From Eledone cirrhosa (lineage: Eukaryota): a stretch of 64,000 nucleotides of DNA. The notes beneath the pieces are model-generated. The model searched no databases and was not told where the DNA came from. It was given only the letters and a program-made list of their open reading frames with translations. The translations under genes and the position numbers were made by a program. Location: NCBI GenBank assembly GCA_964016885.1, contig OZ024743.1, positions 359,910,001 through 359,974,000 on the forward strand, read 5' to 3'. Shown here one piece after another: positions 39,170-56,600 of this stretch (position 1 is its first letter; every line of letters begins with the position of its first letter).

Positions 39170-40200
39170 AAATAACCCTGATCCTGGAGACGTTAGCTCA
39201 AAATTGTCTCAATAATGACTACGTGGCATTACATGTTTAAAGAGGGAAGTAGAGATAGCAAAGGAAATCATTAAGATCAGAGAAATATTTGGACACATTC
39301 AGGTTAATAGGCAGGGACTGGGAGTAACAACATTGGAACAGTTTATCAGAGTCTAAGCAAAAGATGAGTGTACAGCAGGTGAAAAACGAAAAGGTTGGCA
39401 GAAGTTTCTGGAAGGCAGTATAGCGTAGCCAATGAGGCTAGTGGGTTACGTTGAAAGGTGCACACCAGAAGTTTCTCAACTTGAATGTCTTGTGGCATAT
39501 AGCGCCTCACAGAATCAGTTTTATCCTCAGATCTGTCTATGATCTCCTGCCCTCAAGTACGAACATATAGAAGTGAGGCAAATCAGATTAGCTTCAGTGC
39601 CCACTCTGCCAGTGTGGATACATAGTGGAACACATTCTAAGCTCATGCAGAATAGCACTAGCTCAAGGAAGATACACGTGGAGGCACAATCGGCTACTTG
39701 AGTTTATCGTTCATGTGGCATGTACTGCAAAAGCAAAGTCCGTAGCACCGGTATTATCTCCAACAACATTCTACAATGTAGGAGGCAGCAACTCATGATG
39801 AAGAACAGCTATACTATACAGGCAACGGAAGTGGAGTCTTTTGGATAGTGCGGCTGACCAAGAGTGCAAAGCGGACTTCCTAGGGTCAGCAAAAGAACCA
39901 GAATTCATAAAAAAGAGTGGCTTGAGGTTGGATAACGTATTCCATTCTAGTTGATCAAAAGAGGTGATTTTGATTCAACTTATTTCGATTGCTATTTGTA
40001 AGTAGAGAAAAAGAAGCACACGTCCCAGACCGAAAGATCCGCCAGTTTGGTCAATAGCCTGTCGCAAGCTAACTTCAGAATCAAAGTTCTTGTCATAAAG
40101 GTTGGTGCCAGAGGCTTTGTGGGAAATCTGCCTACAATCTCATGAATCAACTCTCAGACTCTGGGAAGAGGAGGACCAAGGCCGGAAGATAATAACTAGG
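39170..40200 (+). mobile_element. HERO-like RLE non-LTR retrotransposon 3' remnant
   Basis: LWHIAPHRISFILRSVYDLLPS, CPLC, VEHILSSCRIALAQGRYTWRHN, with many stops. Confidence 0.75.
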
Positions 40201-41296
40201 AAGCTGATATGTCTGGGGGTAATAGGTTTGTATTTTAGCGTACGCTAAAGGAAGAAACTCTGACTAATTCATGGTTGAAGTGTTGGCAGTGATAATGACA
40301 CTCTTGTGATGTCACCGCTTCCATGACTACTAATGTTATTTTTTCAAACTCAAGAAAGAGTTTAAATATAGATGTGAAATCAGAGACAGCGGAAAGAAGT
40401 TCCAGCTAGACCCTGTCAACAAAATATCCATGCGGTTTAAATGCATAAAGACTCTCCAACATTCAACTGATTAAAATATATCAACAGAAGGGCGCACATG
40501 AGTCATGACGTGGATACAACCCAACAGATTTAGAATGTACGAGAGTAATGGCCGAAGCAATTGCATGAAGGGTGGTTTTTTTTCTCTGAAGACCTTCTAA
40601 TGTTCAGCTTTTCCGAGAGGTTCTTACTACTTAAGCCTGTATTATATTGATTGGAGGGAAATATGGTTGCTAATTCTAGCTAGTCATCTAAAATTGTTGA
40701 TGCTACTTTGCTGGTTGCATTTATCACAGCCTATCTTTTATCTATCAGAGATATGTTCAAAGACGTTCCGGCCAAAATCATCACTCTTGCTACAGGCAAC
40801 ACGACCTAATATCTCATTCCTTTTTCAAGATAAAATGATCTGATTTAGGAGATATTTGGCCGATACTTATAGCGAGTCGATCAAACGTCTAAAGGCTCTT
40901 TAGTTTAATCTGTTGAAATAAATTGACGAGGGAACTATTCATGTGGTATTGTACCGGAGGTAAAAGTTATGTAAATAAAAACAATAAATTAAATCTGTGA
41001 AGGTAAGATACTGGAGATTCCAGATCTTGGTATAAATATGTAGGACGAATCTGCATTTATACATAAACATATATAGGCAAACGCGCGCGCACGCACACAC
41101 ACACATATATAAATATATGTATATGGTAATATCATATAGACGCAGCTGCAATCTCGACGACTATAGTGTTTTATTGTACTAAATATTTGCTAGAATTCAA
41201 GACATTCTATTCTAATTCTCAACAGAATTCTAATTCAACATTTGCTATAAATATTCTCTGTATAAACACCGACATACAAGCACACTCACCGATATA

Positions 41297-41351
<55 letters not shown>

Positions 41352-41354
41352 ATA

Positions 41355-41439
<85 letters not shown>

Positions 41440-41477
41440 TATATATATATAAATGTATATATGCATGTTTACATATA

Positions 41478-41558
<81 letters not shown>

Positions 41559-41560
<2 letters not shown>

Positions 41561-42838
41561 TGGCTGCCAACTCGTTTTCGAGTACGGCCATTACTTTATA
41601 TCCATGTAGGAGAACCCCTAAAGATGCGCTGAACAAGTGTGATGTTTAGTCCAGCCAGCGACTTGAAAACCCTGGTACAAACACTACACTTGTGACAATT
41701 ATTGACACATAGTGCTGGGCCCATGGTACCATGTGATGTCAAGTGCAGAGAGATCTCCTGATATAAAGCAATGCCTGTGCCGTGAAGCTTTTATAGTGAG
41801 CAAAGGCACTGCACAAAGCCAGTCCCACTCTCTTAACTAAGATGATATTTACCAAAAAGAAGAACAAGTCAACATCATTGGATACCATCAGGGTTGCAGG
41901 TGTTATATCAGAGTTTTCCATCTCCTAGAATTCTGCCTTGACAAAGGCTAAGGGGTCATCTCTCCGTGTGATTTTGGATGGCCATTGACACTTAAGAGCT
42001 CCTTTGCCTTTTGATAGGTTTTGTTTTTAGTCCTGCAGGATGTCCAAAGTCACCCTCCTCACCCAGGAACCTTGGTAGGGTTACCAGTTTAGTCGCCAAC
42101 AACCCGACCATGGGACAGGATGTACAGGGATACTGGTTACCAGTAGCACCAACTGGTGATCTGACATATATGTATATATATATATATACATAAAAACACA
42201 CACATATATATATATTTATATATATATATATGGTGGCTGCCAACTCGTTTTCGAGTACGGCCACTACTTTATATCCATGTAGGAGAACCCCCTACGGATG
42301 CGCTGAACGAGTGTGACTTTTCAGTCCAGCCAGCGATCTGAAAACTCTTGTACAAACACTACACTTTTGACAATTATTGACACATAGTGCTGGGCCCATG
42401 ATACCATCTGACGACAAGTGCAGAGAGATCTCCAGATATAAAGCAATGCCTGTGCCGTGAAGCTTTTATAGTGAGCAAAGGCACTGCACAAAGCCAGTCC
42501 CACTCTCTTAACCAAGATGATATGTACCAAAAAGAAGAACAAGTCAACATCATTGGATACCATCAGGGTTGCAGGTGTTATAGCAGAGTTTTTCCTTATC
42601 CTAGAATTCTGCCTTGACAAAGGCTAAGGGGTCATCTCTCCCGGTGATTTTGGATGGTCATTGACTCTTAAGAGCTCCTTTGCCCTTTGACAGGTTTTGT
42701 TTTTAGTCCTGCAGGATGTCCAAAGTAACCCTCCTCACCAAGAAACCTTGGTGGGGTTGGCAGTTTAGTCGCCAACGACCCGACCATGAGACAGGTTGTA
42801 CTGGGATACATGTTACCGGTAGCACCAACTGGTAACCA
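41559..42838 (-). repeat. Two tandem ~605-bp copies separated by (TA)-rich spacers, resembling a LINE (RTE-type) 5' region
   Basis: GGTGGCTGCCAACTCGTTTTCGAGTACGG at 41559 and 42232. The minus strand has GCGACTAAACTGG and GGAGATGGAAAACTCTG. Confidence 0.75.
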
Positions 42839-42874
42839 TACATACATACATATATATACATATATATATACATA

Positions 42875-43018
<144 letters not shown>

Positions 43019-44192
43019 TATGCATATATACATTTATATACATAACGCACATGCATATATTTACTATAGCAACAAATGTTATAAGGAAAGAAACAAAATC
43101 TGAATCAAAATTGACCAGATAACATGATTTGTAAAGCTGAATTATCACTAGAGAGCACATCTGTTATATAATTCCGTTTACTATTTTCCTATATTATTTT
43201 ATTTGTATATTTAATTATTTATTTATTTATCGATTGAGGCAGTCTATGATTGGCGGTTAGTTATTTTCTGCGCTAAAGTTAATTTTTCTCAGTGAAATGT
43301 GTGTCTCCGTAGGTTATATTTCTATAGCTATTATTTACATACAAATAGCGCTCTGGCTATAATATATTTCAACCATATTAACTGCATGTATACGCAATCG
43401 ATTCCATCGGCAAGAGATGACATAATGCAAATGTTGCGATAATTATATATATAGATATATATATAGAGTGTCCAACAAAATGTATACATACGTCAACATC
43501 TTTCTAATAAATAGGTGTTACATTTTTTTTTTGGGGGGGGGGGGTCACACTGTATACATGCGTTATAAATATGTATATATAAAGTTTATAGGAGGACGAA
43601 TATAACAAAACAAAGTGATGTTTCTTTACCTGGTATATTGGTATATTTCACCATATTATTTCAAATTCAAAAACCCCTTTATTCAAATGAAAAGACGATG
43701 TTTCCTCCTGTAACGGATCTATCCTGTGTTGGCCATAAACACATACATCTCTCTCTCTCCCTCTCTGTATATATATATATCTATATATATCTCGACTGGC
43801 CACTTCCACTCACTCACTCTCTGTTTCTCTCCTTCTCACTTCCTCCCGTTTGGCCTGTGTGCGTTCTCTTCTTGCTCACATGTCACTCACGTCGGATGGT
43901 CTGTATCCCGCTCGCTCATAAAATCCACCCAGCTAAAGCTGACCGGATAACCATGTTGCATGTTTTTTCCTATCTTTGCGTTGCTATCAATCCTTCTCTG
44001 TTTGTTTACTTGTCTCGCCCGCTTTACGCGATTTACTTGTCCCAATAGCTTTATTTAGCTATTGCTCGCACCAACCGGAGGTATATGATTTTTTAAAGCG
44101 ATGAAATACCAATGAAGGTTGGAAAATCACTGACGAAGGACTATTTTTATCATATGTAACCCATCTGCAACCACGCAGTATTCTTTCTTCTC

Positions 44193-44266
<74 letters not shown>

Positions 44267-44268
<2 letters not shown>

Positions 44269-44684
44269 AAAGTTCTATTTAAAATTGTTGGGATACAACA
44301 AGTAAATATTTTTATAACTGATATAAAGCAATCGACAAGTATTTGGTGTAGATATACGATATTAATAAATGGAAACTATATTTATAAAACCATATTTATT
44401 TCATTATACATATTTCAGGGATACCAAATTAAGGTATGCCTTCATCAGACAAAATACAATATATAACAGTTTTACAAATAAGCTTTGACGTACCCTTTTA
44501 AAATGCAACCATTATTTTTGGAAAATAATGGTTGCATTTTAAAAGGGTACGTCAAAGCTTATTTGTAAAACTGTTATATATTGTATTTTGTCTGATGAAG
44601 GCATACCTTAATTTGGTATCCCTGAAATATGTATAATGAAATAAATATGGTTTTATAAATATAGTTTCCATTTATTAATATCGT
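44267..44684. mobile_element. Second copy of the 25180 hairpin family, with HHR at 44584-44643 and a mirror copy
   Basis: Palindrome centred near 44520. TATTTTGT-CTGATGA-AGGCATACC-TTAATTT-GGTATCCCT-GAAA-TATGTATA^ATGAAATA. Confidence 0.82.
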
Positions 44685-45193
44685 ATATATATATATATAT
44701 TAATGTGTTAGCTCTAACATAGCTGTATACATACAAGTAGTCGATAACTGTATATGCAAATGAGGCTAATCGGCCCATATGCATAGGTGTTAAACATATA
44801 CAAGATACGCTGTATACATGCATGTATACAATTATATTAGAACTCATACATTAATTCTATTTTCCAGACGAGCTATCCGATACGTCTATATGCAAATGAA
44901 GCTAATCAACCCATGTACAATAGTATCAAAATTATGTTTTCGCCTATATTGAGTCTCAGCAGAGAACAGGGTAAAGGAATACCAGCTTGAGAATAACCAG
45001 AGTTAGAAACAATGACGTCTTCGTCGTCAGCTACCCAGCATTTGCTTTTGCCTTCCTGATGATTTCTTTGGAATGAAGCTGTCCTACTCCTGTAGAAGTC
45101 AATTCTATATTAAATTTGATGTTTACACTGTACTAAAATATTGAGGACCTTACTGTAGTTTCCACCGGTTGAACCCACGACTCACGTTTATAA

Positions 45194-48735
<3,542 letters not shown>

Positions 48736-48751
48736 CTTTCAGCTTGGCACA

Positions 48752-48761
<10 letters not shown>

Positions 48762-48786
<25 letters not shown>

Positions 48787-50529
48787 CAAATAGTAGAAAG
48801 GAAAAATATTTTTCCTGTAGAAAATGTTGAAGAGATATTTGTGGTGAAATTTCAAAGCATTAATTTATTTACAATACCGGTTTCAGCATTAAAGGCATTA
48901 TCAATTGCGGATATGCAGAATATTGTTAGGTTGCATATTTGTACAAATAGTGAAAATAATGATAAGAATAAAAAAAATATAGAGAGGGGAAGAAAAGTTC
49001 ATTTTCACATACGTCATCCTTCAGAGAAGAAAGTCATTTTGTCTGTCCATCCTTCTCTGCTAATGGCTTTGTTGTGACTGGAGTGGGTAGAAGCAGGAGG
49101 GGAGAGGAGAAGAAGAAGGAGCGGGAGGAGGTAGGGGATGGTTGAATAGTGGCTACAAGGTTTGGCTGGATTGCTTTGAAAGGCTGCGTGACCTTAGAGT
49201 TGACTGTGGGAGCTTGCTTCTAAAATTATCTATCTTGGTATGTCTTAGAAGAAATCATCAATATTGACTTTGTTTTTTTGCCACAAAGATGTTTTAGAGT
49301 TATTGAAATATTAATTCCATCTCTAGCAGGAATTTTAGATTTAGTGGGATGGAGAAAATATTGCTACAAAGCCACTGGAATACCAATTCTATATTCAGCA
49401 GAAACTTCCAGATTCAGGGGAATGTAAAGCATTTAGTTTGGCACCTGAATGTTTCCATTTATCTGATTATCTTCGTGGAGGTCCTCCAGGACTTGTTGAT
49501 GTGGGTGTTACTATTTGGGTGCTTGGTCTGCATTATATAGTTGTCAGAGGTGCTGGAAGTTCCACTTCAAACAAGGACAATACTTCACAGTTAAGTGCAA
49601 TTTCACATGTGAATCAGAAAATCTGATATATGTGTTGACCTGCTCAGGTTGTTGAGAGCACTACATAGGACGGACTAAAAACAGCATCCGACAACGTGTG
49701 ACCGTCCATAGATCCTAAATCAAAATACGGGAATACAGAAAGATAGCACTAAGTGAACACATCGCGACCCAAGCATCTGATGAACAACCCAATTTTAGAA
49801 TTTTTCCCATCTTCAAATTCAAAGACAACGGTTCCTACATCCAACGCATTAGCAAGGAATCACAATTTTTCGCCACATACGAACCCCTTCTAAATGCTTC
49901 CATTTCGGACTAAAACAAAGCTGGCACACTTTAAAATCAACACCCTAGACAAATTAACACTTTAGCAATGTATGCTTCTCCAAGATTCCAGCAAACTCTG
50001 ACAACTATATAATGCAGACCAAGCAACCACATTATAACACCCACATCAGCAGGTCCTGGAGGACCTTCACGAAGATAATAAAATAAATGAAAACATTCAG
50101 GTGCCAAACTAAATGCTTTACATTCCCCTGAATCTGGAAGCTTCTACTGAAGATAGAATGGGTATTCCAGTAGCCCTAAACCCTGTAGCAAACATTTTTT
50201 TCATCCACCTAAATCTAAAGTTCCTGCTAAGGATGGAAATAATATTTCAATAACTCTAAAACTTCTTTGTGGCAAAATAAACAAGGTCAATGTTGATGAT
50301 TTCTTCTAAGACATACCAAGATAGATATTTTTAGAAGCAACCCCCACCCCCGGTCAAATCGAAGGTCACCCAGCCTTTCAAACCAATCCCAGCCAAACCT
50401 TGTAGCCACCCTGGGTCCCACATAGCAGTCTGCAGCCACAACAACCATCCCCTAACTCCTCCTCCTTCTTCTACTCTCGCCTCCTGCTTCTCCCCAGTCC
50501 AGTCACAACTAAGCCATTAGCAGAGAAGA
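48762..50529 (+). mobile_element. PLE GIY-YIG fragment bracketed by ~500-bp inverted pseudo-LTR arms
   Basis: 49565-49910 reads FTVKCNFTCESENLIYVLTCSGC*EHYIGRT...QRVTVHR...RISKESQF..YEPLLN. Arms ~49051-49548 and ~49996-50529. Decayed minus-strand HHR at 48871-48908. Confidence 0.85.
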
Positions 50530-52815
50530 ATTTGTATCCCTCTTCAGTGTCAATTTTCTTTATCATCTCACCTGTTGGTACCTGGATTCCGTAGCTTCTG
50601 CTCAATTTACCCCTCTTCTTCACTAGGACTCCACACTTATTAATACCAAATTCCATACATATATCATTGCTGAAAATACGGACAGTGTCAACAAGTACAT
50701 CAAACTCCTTCTCACTCTTGCCAAAGAGTTTAAGATCGTCCATGAAGATGAGGTGGTTGATGGTAAGCTCTCCTCTTCCCAACTTGTATCCTCTTCTCAC
50801 GTTTCGCAATATAACGGACAGGGGTATCTGGGCAAGGACAAACTGCAGAGGGGACAAACTATCTCCCTGAAAGATACCTCTCTTGATTTTCACGCCTCCC
50901 AAGGAATCTCCACCTGATGTTAACTCTGTTTCCCAGGAATTGATACTTTTGCTCAACAACTGTCTGATGTTATCTGCCACCTTGAAGATCTCTAGGCTTT
51001 TGGTTATCAAAGAATGTGGTACCATGTCGAATGCCTTTTTGTAATCTATCCATCCCATGGTAAGACCAGTGTGCCTCTTCTTACAATTCCTCATTACCAT
51101 CTTATCAATAAGTAACTGGTATTTGGTACCACGGGACTTCTTTCGGCATCCTTTCTGTTCGTCCGGTAACAAGTTGTTTATGTGGAGGTGATGGTAGATT
51201 TCCTCAGATACAATGCTTGTTAACAGTTTCCAAATTACGGACAGACATGTGATAGGCCTATAGTTGATAACATTCATTACCAGAACTGTGGTACCTCTTG
51301 TCAACCACTCTGGTACCTCACCCGACATCAAGCAGTCATTGAACATGGTTGTCAGTTTCGGGAGGAGGGATGTTATATTTTTAATCCAATACCCCTACAC
51401 ACCATCTGGGCCTGGTGATTTCCAGTTGGTTAGTTTTTTGGCCTGCCATTTAAGAGTTTCAACTGTGATACTTAAATCAGTTTGTTGGTGTGCTTGTTCA
51501 CTAATCTCCTTTTGTACTGTTTCAATCCACACTGCCTGATCATTTTGTTCAACATCCTGCTCCCATATTCCTCTCCAGAATGTCTTAGTTTGTTCCGCCT
51601 CAGGGATCATGTCGTTGCCTCTTTCTTTCCCTTCAAGCTGTCCAAACAACATCTTCTGGTTCTGTCTATACTGTCTATACTGACTGACTCTGCTCTCGTA
51701 TCGCCTAATCTTTGCACTCTTTGCTACAATGCGTTGCTTCAGTTCCTCTATGATAATATTAAGCTTGTTCCTCCTAGTGTTGTACTTTATTTCCAGTCTA
51801 TTTTTAGTGTCTATGTTTTGTAGTGTCCCATTCAGTAGGGACTCAAGCTTTTCAATGTCATTTCTCATTTCCCTCATTTGACAATTCAGTCGTTTCTTCC
51901 ACCAAGGTTCTAATATTTCTTGTTTGTTGTTTCCTCTCATTTTTACGCAAAGTAATTTCCTCACCGCATTTGCTGTTGCTTTGAGGATATTGTTGCATTG
52001 GTGAAGGCTCCTCGCCTCAAGGTATGGGATGCATTTGTTTACCTTAGCTGTTGTTTCTTTTAACATTTTCCTGTCTACAAATCTTAGGTTCAAAGGTTTT
52101 CCACTATCATTGTTCATTTCATCTACCACTAAGTTTAGGATATCAACCAGATCTTGTCCTAGCCTGTCTGCATTATTCCCTCAATGGCCGCATCTTTGTT
52201 CCAGATGTTATTTATGTCAGCATTCAGATCATTGTCTGCTTCGGATGCTTCCTCCGGTCTCTCAACCTCTTCACCTTCATTTCCCACTAGCTCGTTTGCC
52301 TGGCATACTCCACTCTCCATTTCCAACCTAATCTATCTGCTCAGTTCCTCCAGTTCCAACTCGCTTATCCATCCATTAATTCTTATTACCCGGGCCTGCC
52401 CGGCCAATTTTTGTTCATCTAATTTAAATAGACCAATCTCGTTCCAGATGTTATGCATCCGTTTCCTATAGCCTTTTCCCTTGGGGTTACTCTTCAGGTA
52501 ACATTGCATAACAGTTCTATTCAATTCTTTCGTCCTGTTGGTTCTTGCCCCTCTCCTTCTTCTTCTTCCTCCAACACCAGCAGTATTTAGATGACAGCCA
52601 AGTCGCTGCTGCTGGGCCAGGGTGCACTCGCTGAGTGACAGTCTGTCACATAACGTTCCAGTCTCCTCTTCACCGTTATTCGAACTGTTTAAGTTCGACA
52701 TTTAAGCACTCATATCGAGGATTGGTGAATTACATAACCTCCCTTGATTTCATCACCCCCAGTGATTTCATCACCCTCGATGATTTTAGCGTGGCACTAT
52801 CAGGCTGTAGACGAA
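50530..52815 (-). mobile_element. R4/Dong-like non-LTR retrotransposon, 3'-truncated and frameshifted
   Basis: WKSPGPDG, YRPITCL, EQKGCRK, IDYKKAFDMVPH, GIFQGDSLSPL, FMDDLKLF. Confidence 0.9.
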
Positions 52816-53593
52816 CATAAATAAACAAACAAACAAATAGGTAAAAAAAAAAAAAATAAGCATAAGTTTCATTGTAATGTAATGTTTGAATGTCTGACTT
52901 AGTTTTTCTGCTTGTCTGACTGTTTGTTTTTCTTTTCTTTTTTCTTTTCTTTACGTTTTTCGTTGCTGCTGTGCTGTTTTGATTTTGATCTTTGGTTTTT
53001 TGATTTTTTGACCGGGTCATCAAAACAGTCTATTTTGATGCCTTCCTCATTTGGTGGGAATATTATGATGCCTGTCTTAGTAGGAGAGAATAGTGGCGGT
53101 AGCGATAATGAGGCAGTGGTGGTGGTGGTGATGTGTTAGTAGTACTTAGCAGGAGGTAGTGGGAGAGAATAGCGGCAGTAGCGATAATGAGGCAGCGGTG
53201 GTGGTGATGTGATCGTAGTAGTGTAGTGATGGTGTTGAAGTTGAAGTAGAAATAGAAGTTGAGGTAACTTGACTAGAGTTATTGGCGTGGTAGTGGTGAT
53301 GGTGGCAGTGGTGGTGTTGGTGGCGAAATTATTTGCCTGTCTGTCCACTTAGCCATTTTGGCCTTTTCCTCTTTTTCGACTATAACATTTCTGATCCAAA
53401 ATTAAATATTAAATATTGGGGCCCTATGCCGTAAAGTGATGCGTTGTGGCTTGCTGAGCGTTAAAAATGTAATCTTATACTTCATTTGTAATAAGAATTA
53501 TTCTATCACAGTTGTTTTAAATAAGTAAAAATCAAAAACTTACGGGAGCGATTCCATAACGATATATATCCACCATGTGCGTTTTCTTCCCTC

Positions 53594-53596
<3 letters not shown>

Positions 53597-53630
<34 letters not shown>

Positions 53631-56600
53631 AGTTGCAGTTATCTTGCTTTATGTTCATACGAGTTATCACCAAGTCACAACCAGTGACCTCAAGAGAAAA
53701 CAAGGTCCGCCATGTTCAAGAAAGAACATACATATTCACACATGCATCTTTAGTGTTTAGACTTGTGATGTACTTATATTGACAGAATCTTCCTTAGTAT
53801 ATGGGCAGTTCCCATTAGTACTATCTTTTGTATTTCTCCTATACGCGGGTTTCCTGGGATTTGAGATAAGTAATCATTAGACCCGTTAGGTATCATTCCC
53901 AGAGCGCCTACAACCACTGGTATTGTTTTAGTTCTCAATTTCCACATTTTTTCAATTTCTATCTCCAGGTCCTTATACTTGCTCAATTTTTCAAATGTTT
54001 TTATAGATACATTCTTGTCTATTGGAACAGACATATCAATTAGCAGGCATACCCTCTTTTGAAAGTCTTTCAATATTATATCAGGTCTGTTTGCATCTAT
54101 TTTTCGGTCTGTTTGGATGCTAAAGTTCCACAAGATTGAGATGTGATCTTTTTCAAGTATGGGAGGTGGTTGATACTCCCACCAATTCTTTTGATGGGGC
54201 AGGTCAAAATGCTTACACATTATCCAATGTATGTATTGTGCAGCTCTGTCATGCCTGTTTAGGTATTCGGTTGGAGCTATAGGACTGCACATTGAAATTA
54301 TATGGTCAATGGTCCCTGGTTGTTTTTTGCATACACGGCATAATGGGCTGCACCCATTTTTTATTATGTTGGCTTGGTTAATTTTTGTTGGCAGACACTG
54401 ATCTTGTGCCGATATAATCAGTCCTCCAGTCTCCGATTTCAGTCCAGAGGATGCCAACCACTGATGGGTTAAAGTTTTGTCAACATCAGGATTGTTAGCT
54501 CGCTCTGGGTATTTTCCATACAGAGGCTTTTCTTGCCATTTCATAGCCAGTTTCTGTAGCAGTTCTTTCTTTGCAGTTACTTTTACCTGCTTTGCTTTTT
54601 CTGTGTTTTCCATTTCAGCAGTAAATGGGACTTCTGAAATTTGTAGTCCATTACTGTATCTTTGTGCATCTTTTGTAATGGAATATGATCTTTTGATGCT
54701 TTCGTGTTTCAAAACGAGTTTGATCATCCAATCATGTGATTCCCTTAGATATGTAGATAATCCAATTGTTGCAGTTTTCAACGCAATGTCTAACTGGATT
54801 AACCCACGCCCTCCTTCTTTCCTAGGGAGATATATTCTATCTATATCTGCCTTAGGGTGATGCATTCTGTGCATAGTTAAGAATTTTCGAATATTTGTAT
54901 CGAGCCTACGGATCTCTGTGCTTGACCAGTTGATGACATTGTAACTGTAGGTTACTACTGGTATGGCAAGCGTGTTTATGGCATCGATCCTATTCCTTGC
55001 ATTCAATTCCGTTCTTAAGATTGCTCTTACTCTGCGGTAACATTCCTTCCTTATCCTTTCCCTCATTGTTGAGTGCTTGATTCCGTCTCCTTCACAAACA
55101 CCTAGATATTTGTACGTTTTTTTCTTGATCAAGTTCTCTTATCACGTTCCCCCGATCAAGATTAATGTCTGAACTCTTCAGCAGCGTTCCGCTGGTGAAC
55201 GTTGCTTTGGCGCATTTATCTAGTCCAAACTCTATTTTAATGTCATCACTGAACTGCTTCACAGTGGATAATAGCCCTTGCAATTGTTCATCATTTTTTG
55301 CAAATAGTTTCAGGTCATCCATGTAGAACAAATGATTAATGGTTTTGTCATAGACTTTATATACATGTTTTGTTTCATTGAGCATTTTACTTAATGGTAT
55401 AAGTGCGATGCAGAATAAAAGCGGTGATAAAGAGTCACCCTGAAAATTTCCACAATTAATATTAACTTCTCCAGCTTCCAGTGATTTTGTTTCACTATTC
55501 AAAAGGAGTGTCGTTTTCCATGTCTTCATACTGAATGACAAAAACCTCCTGACAACGGGGGATATTTTGAAAATCTCTAAACATTTTTCAATCCAACTGT
55601 GTGGCAAACTATCGAATGATTTTTTATAATCTATCCAAGCAATCGATAGATTTTTCTGTCTATTATGACAATCTTCCAGTATCATTTTGTTAACCAGAAG
55701 CTGATCCTTACAGCCATATGAGCCTCGTTTACACCCTTTCTGCTCAATGGGAAATAGGTCATTTGTTATCAGGTGGTCATATGTGTATTCAGTTAGGACT
55801 GATGTTAAAATTTTATACATTGTGGTCAAGCAAGTTATCGGTCTGTAATTTTTGGGATTGTTTGTCTCATCATTCTTCGGAAGCAGGAATGTAATGCCGT
55901 TAACTAGCCATGAAGGTATCTTTTCTGGCTCCTTAACTATTTCATTGTAAAGTTGGGCTAACAGCTCATGAGACTCTGTGAAGGCATTTATCCAAAAGTT
56001 TTGTATTTTGTCTTTTCCTGGGGATTTCCATTTGCTGGTTTTTCTTAGAGCCAAGCGCAACTGTTCAACTGTTATATTTTCCCATGTTTGTTCCTCAAGG
56101 TGAGCTGTGTCTTTCATTTGTCTGTCTATCCATGGGGCATGTATGTTATGAACTTTTTCTTCGGCCCAGATCTTTTCCCAGAATTCTTGCACTTCCTCCT
56201 TGGGTGGTATTGATTTAGCAGTTATTGTTGACTTACCAATTTTTCTGTAGAAGTTTCTTTGGTTGTTTTTGAACATATTATTGTCCTTATAGAATCTAGA
56301 TCGTTTTTCAAAGCGCCTTATACGAGCAGCTTTGGCCGACACGTTTTGCTTGATTATTTCTATCAGCATGTCTATGTCACTTGTTGATTTTATACTGTAC
56401 TTTCTTTTAAATTTTCTAAGTTTAGTTTGTTTAACATGTTCACCTACTTTATAGATTGTTAAAATTTCTATGTCAGATTGGAGAAGGTTTATTTGGCGAT
56501 TGATGTTCTCGTGCCAAGTAGATTTCTTGTGGGAATTCCTTTGTTTTTTCATCTTCGCTCCACATAAGTGAGTGGTGACTTTAGCCGATGCATAATAGAG

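Noticed and set aside
43465-43556. Tiny Tc1-like MITE, and a mariner-like TIR at 20271
   Set aside because: The matches are too short and degenerate to support a call.
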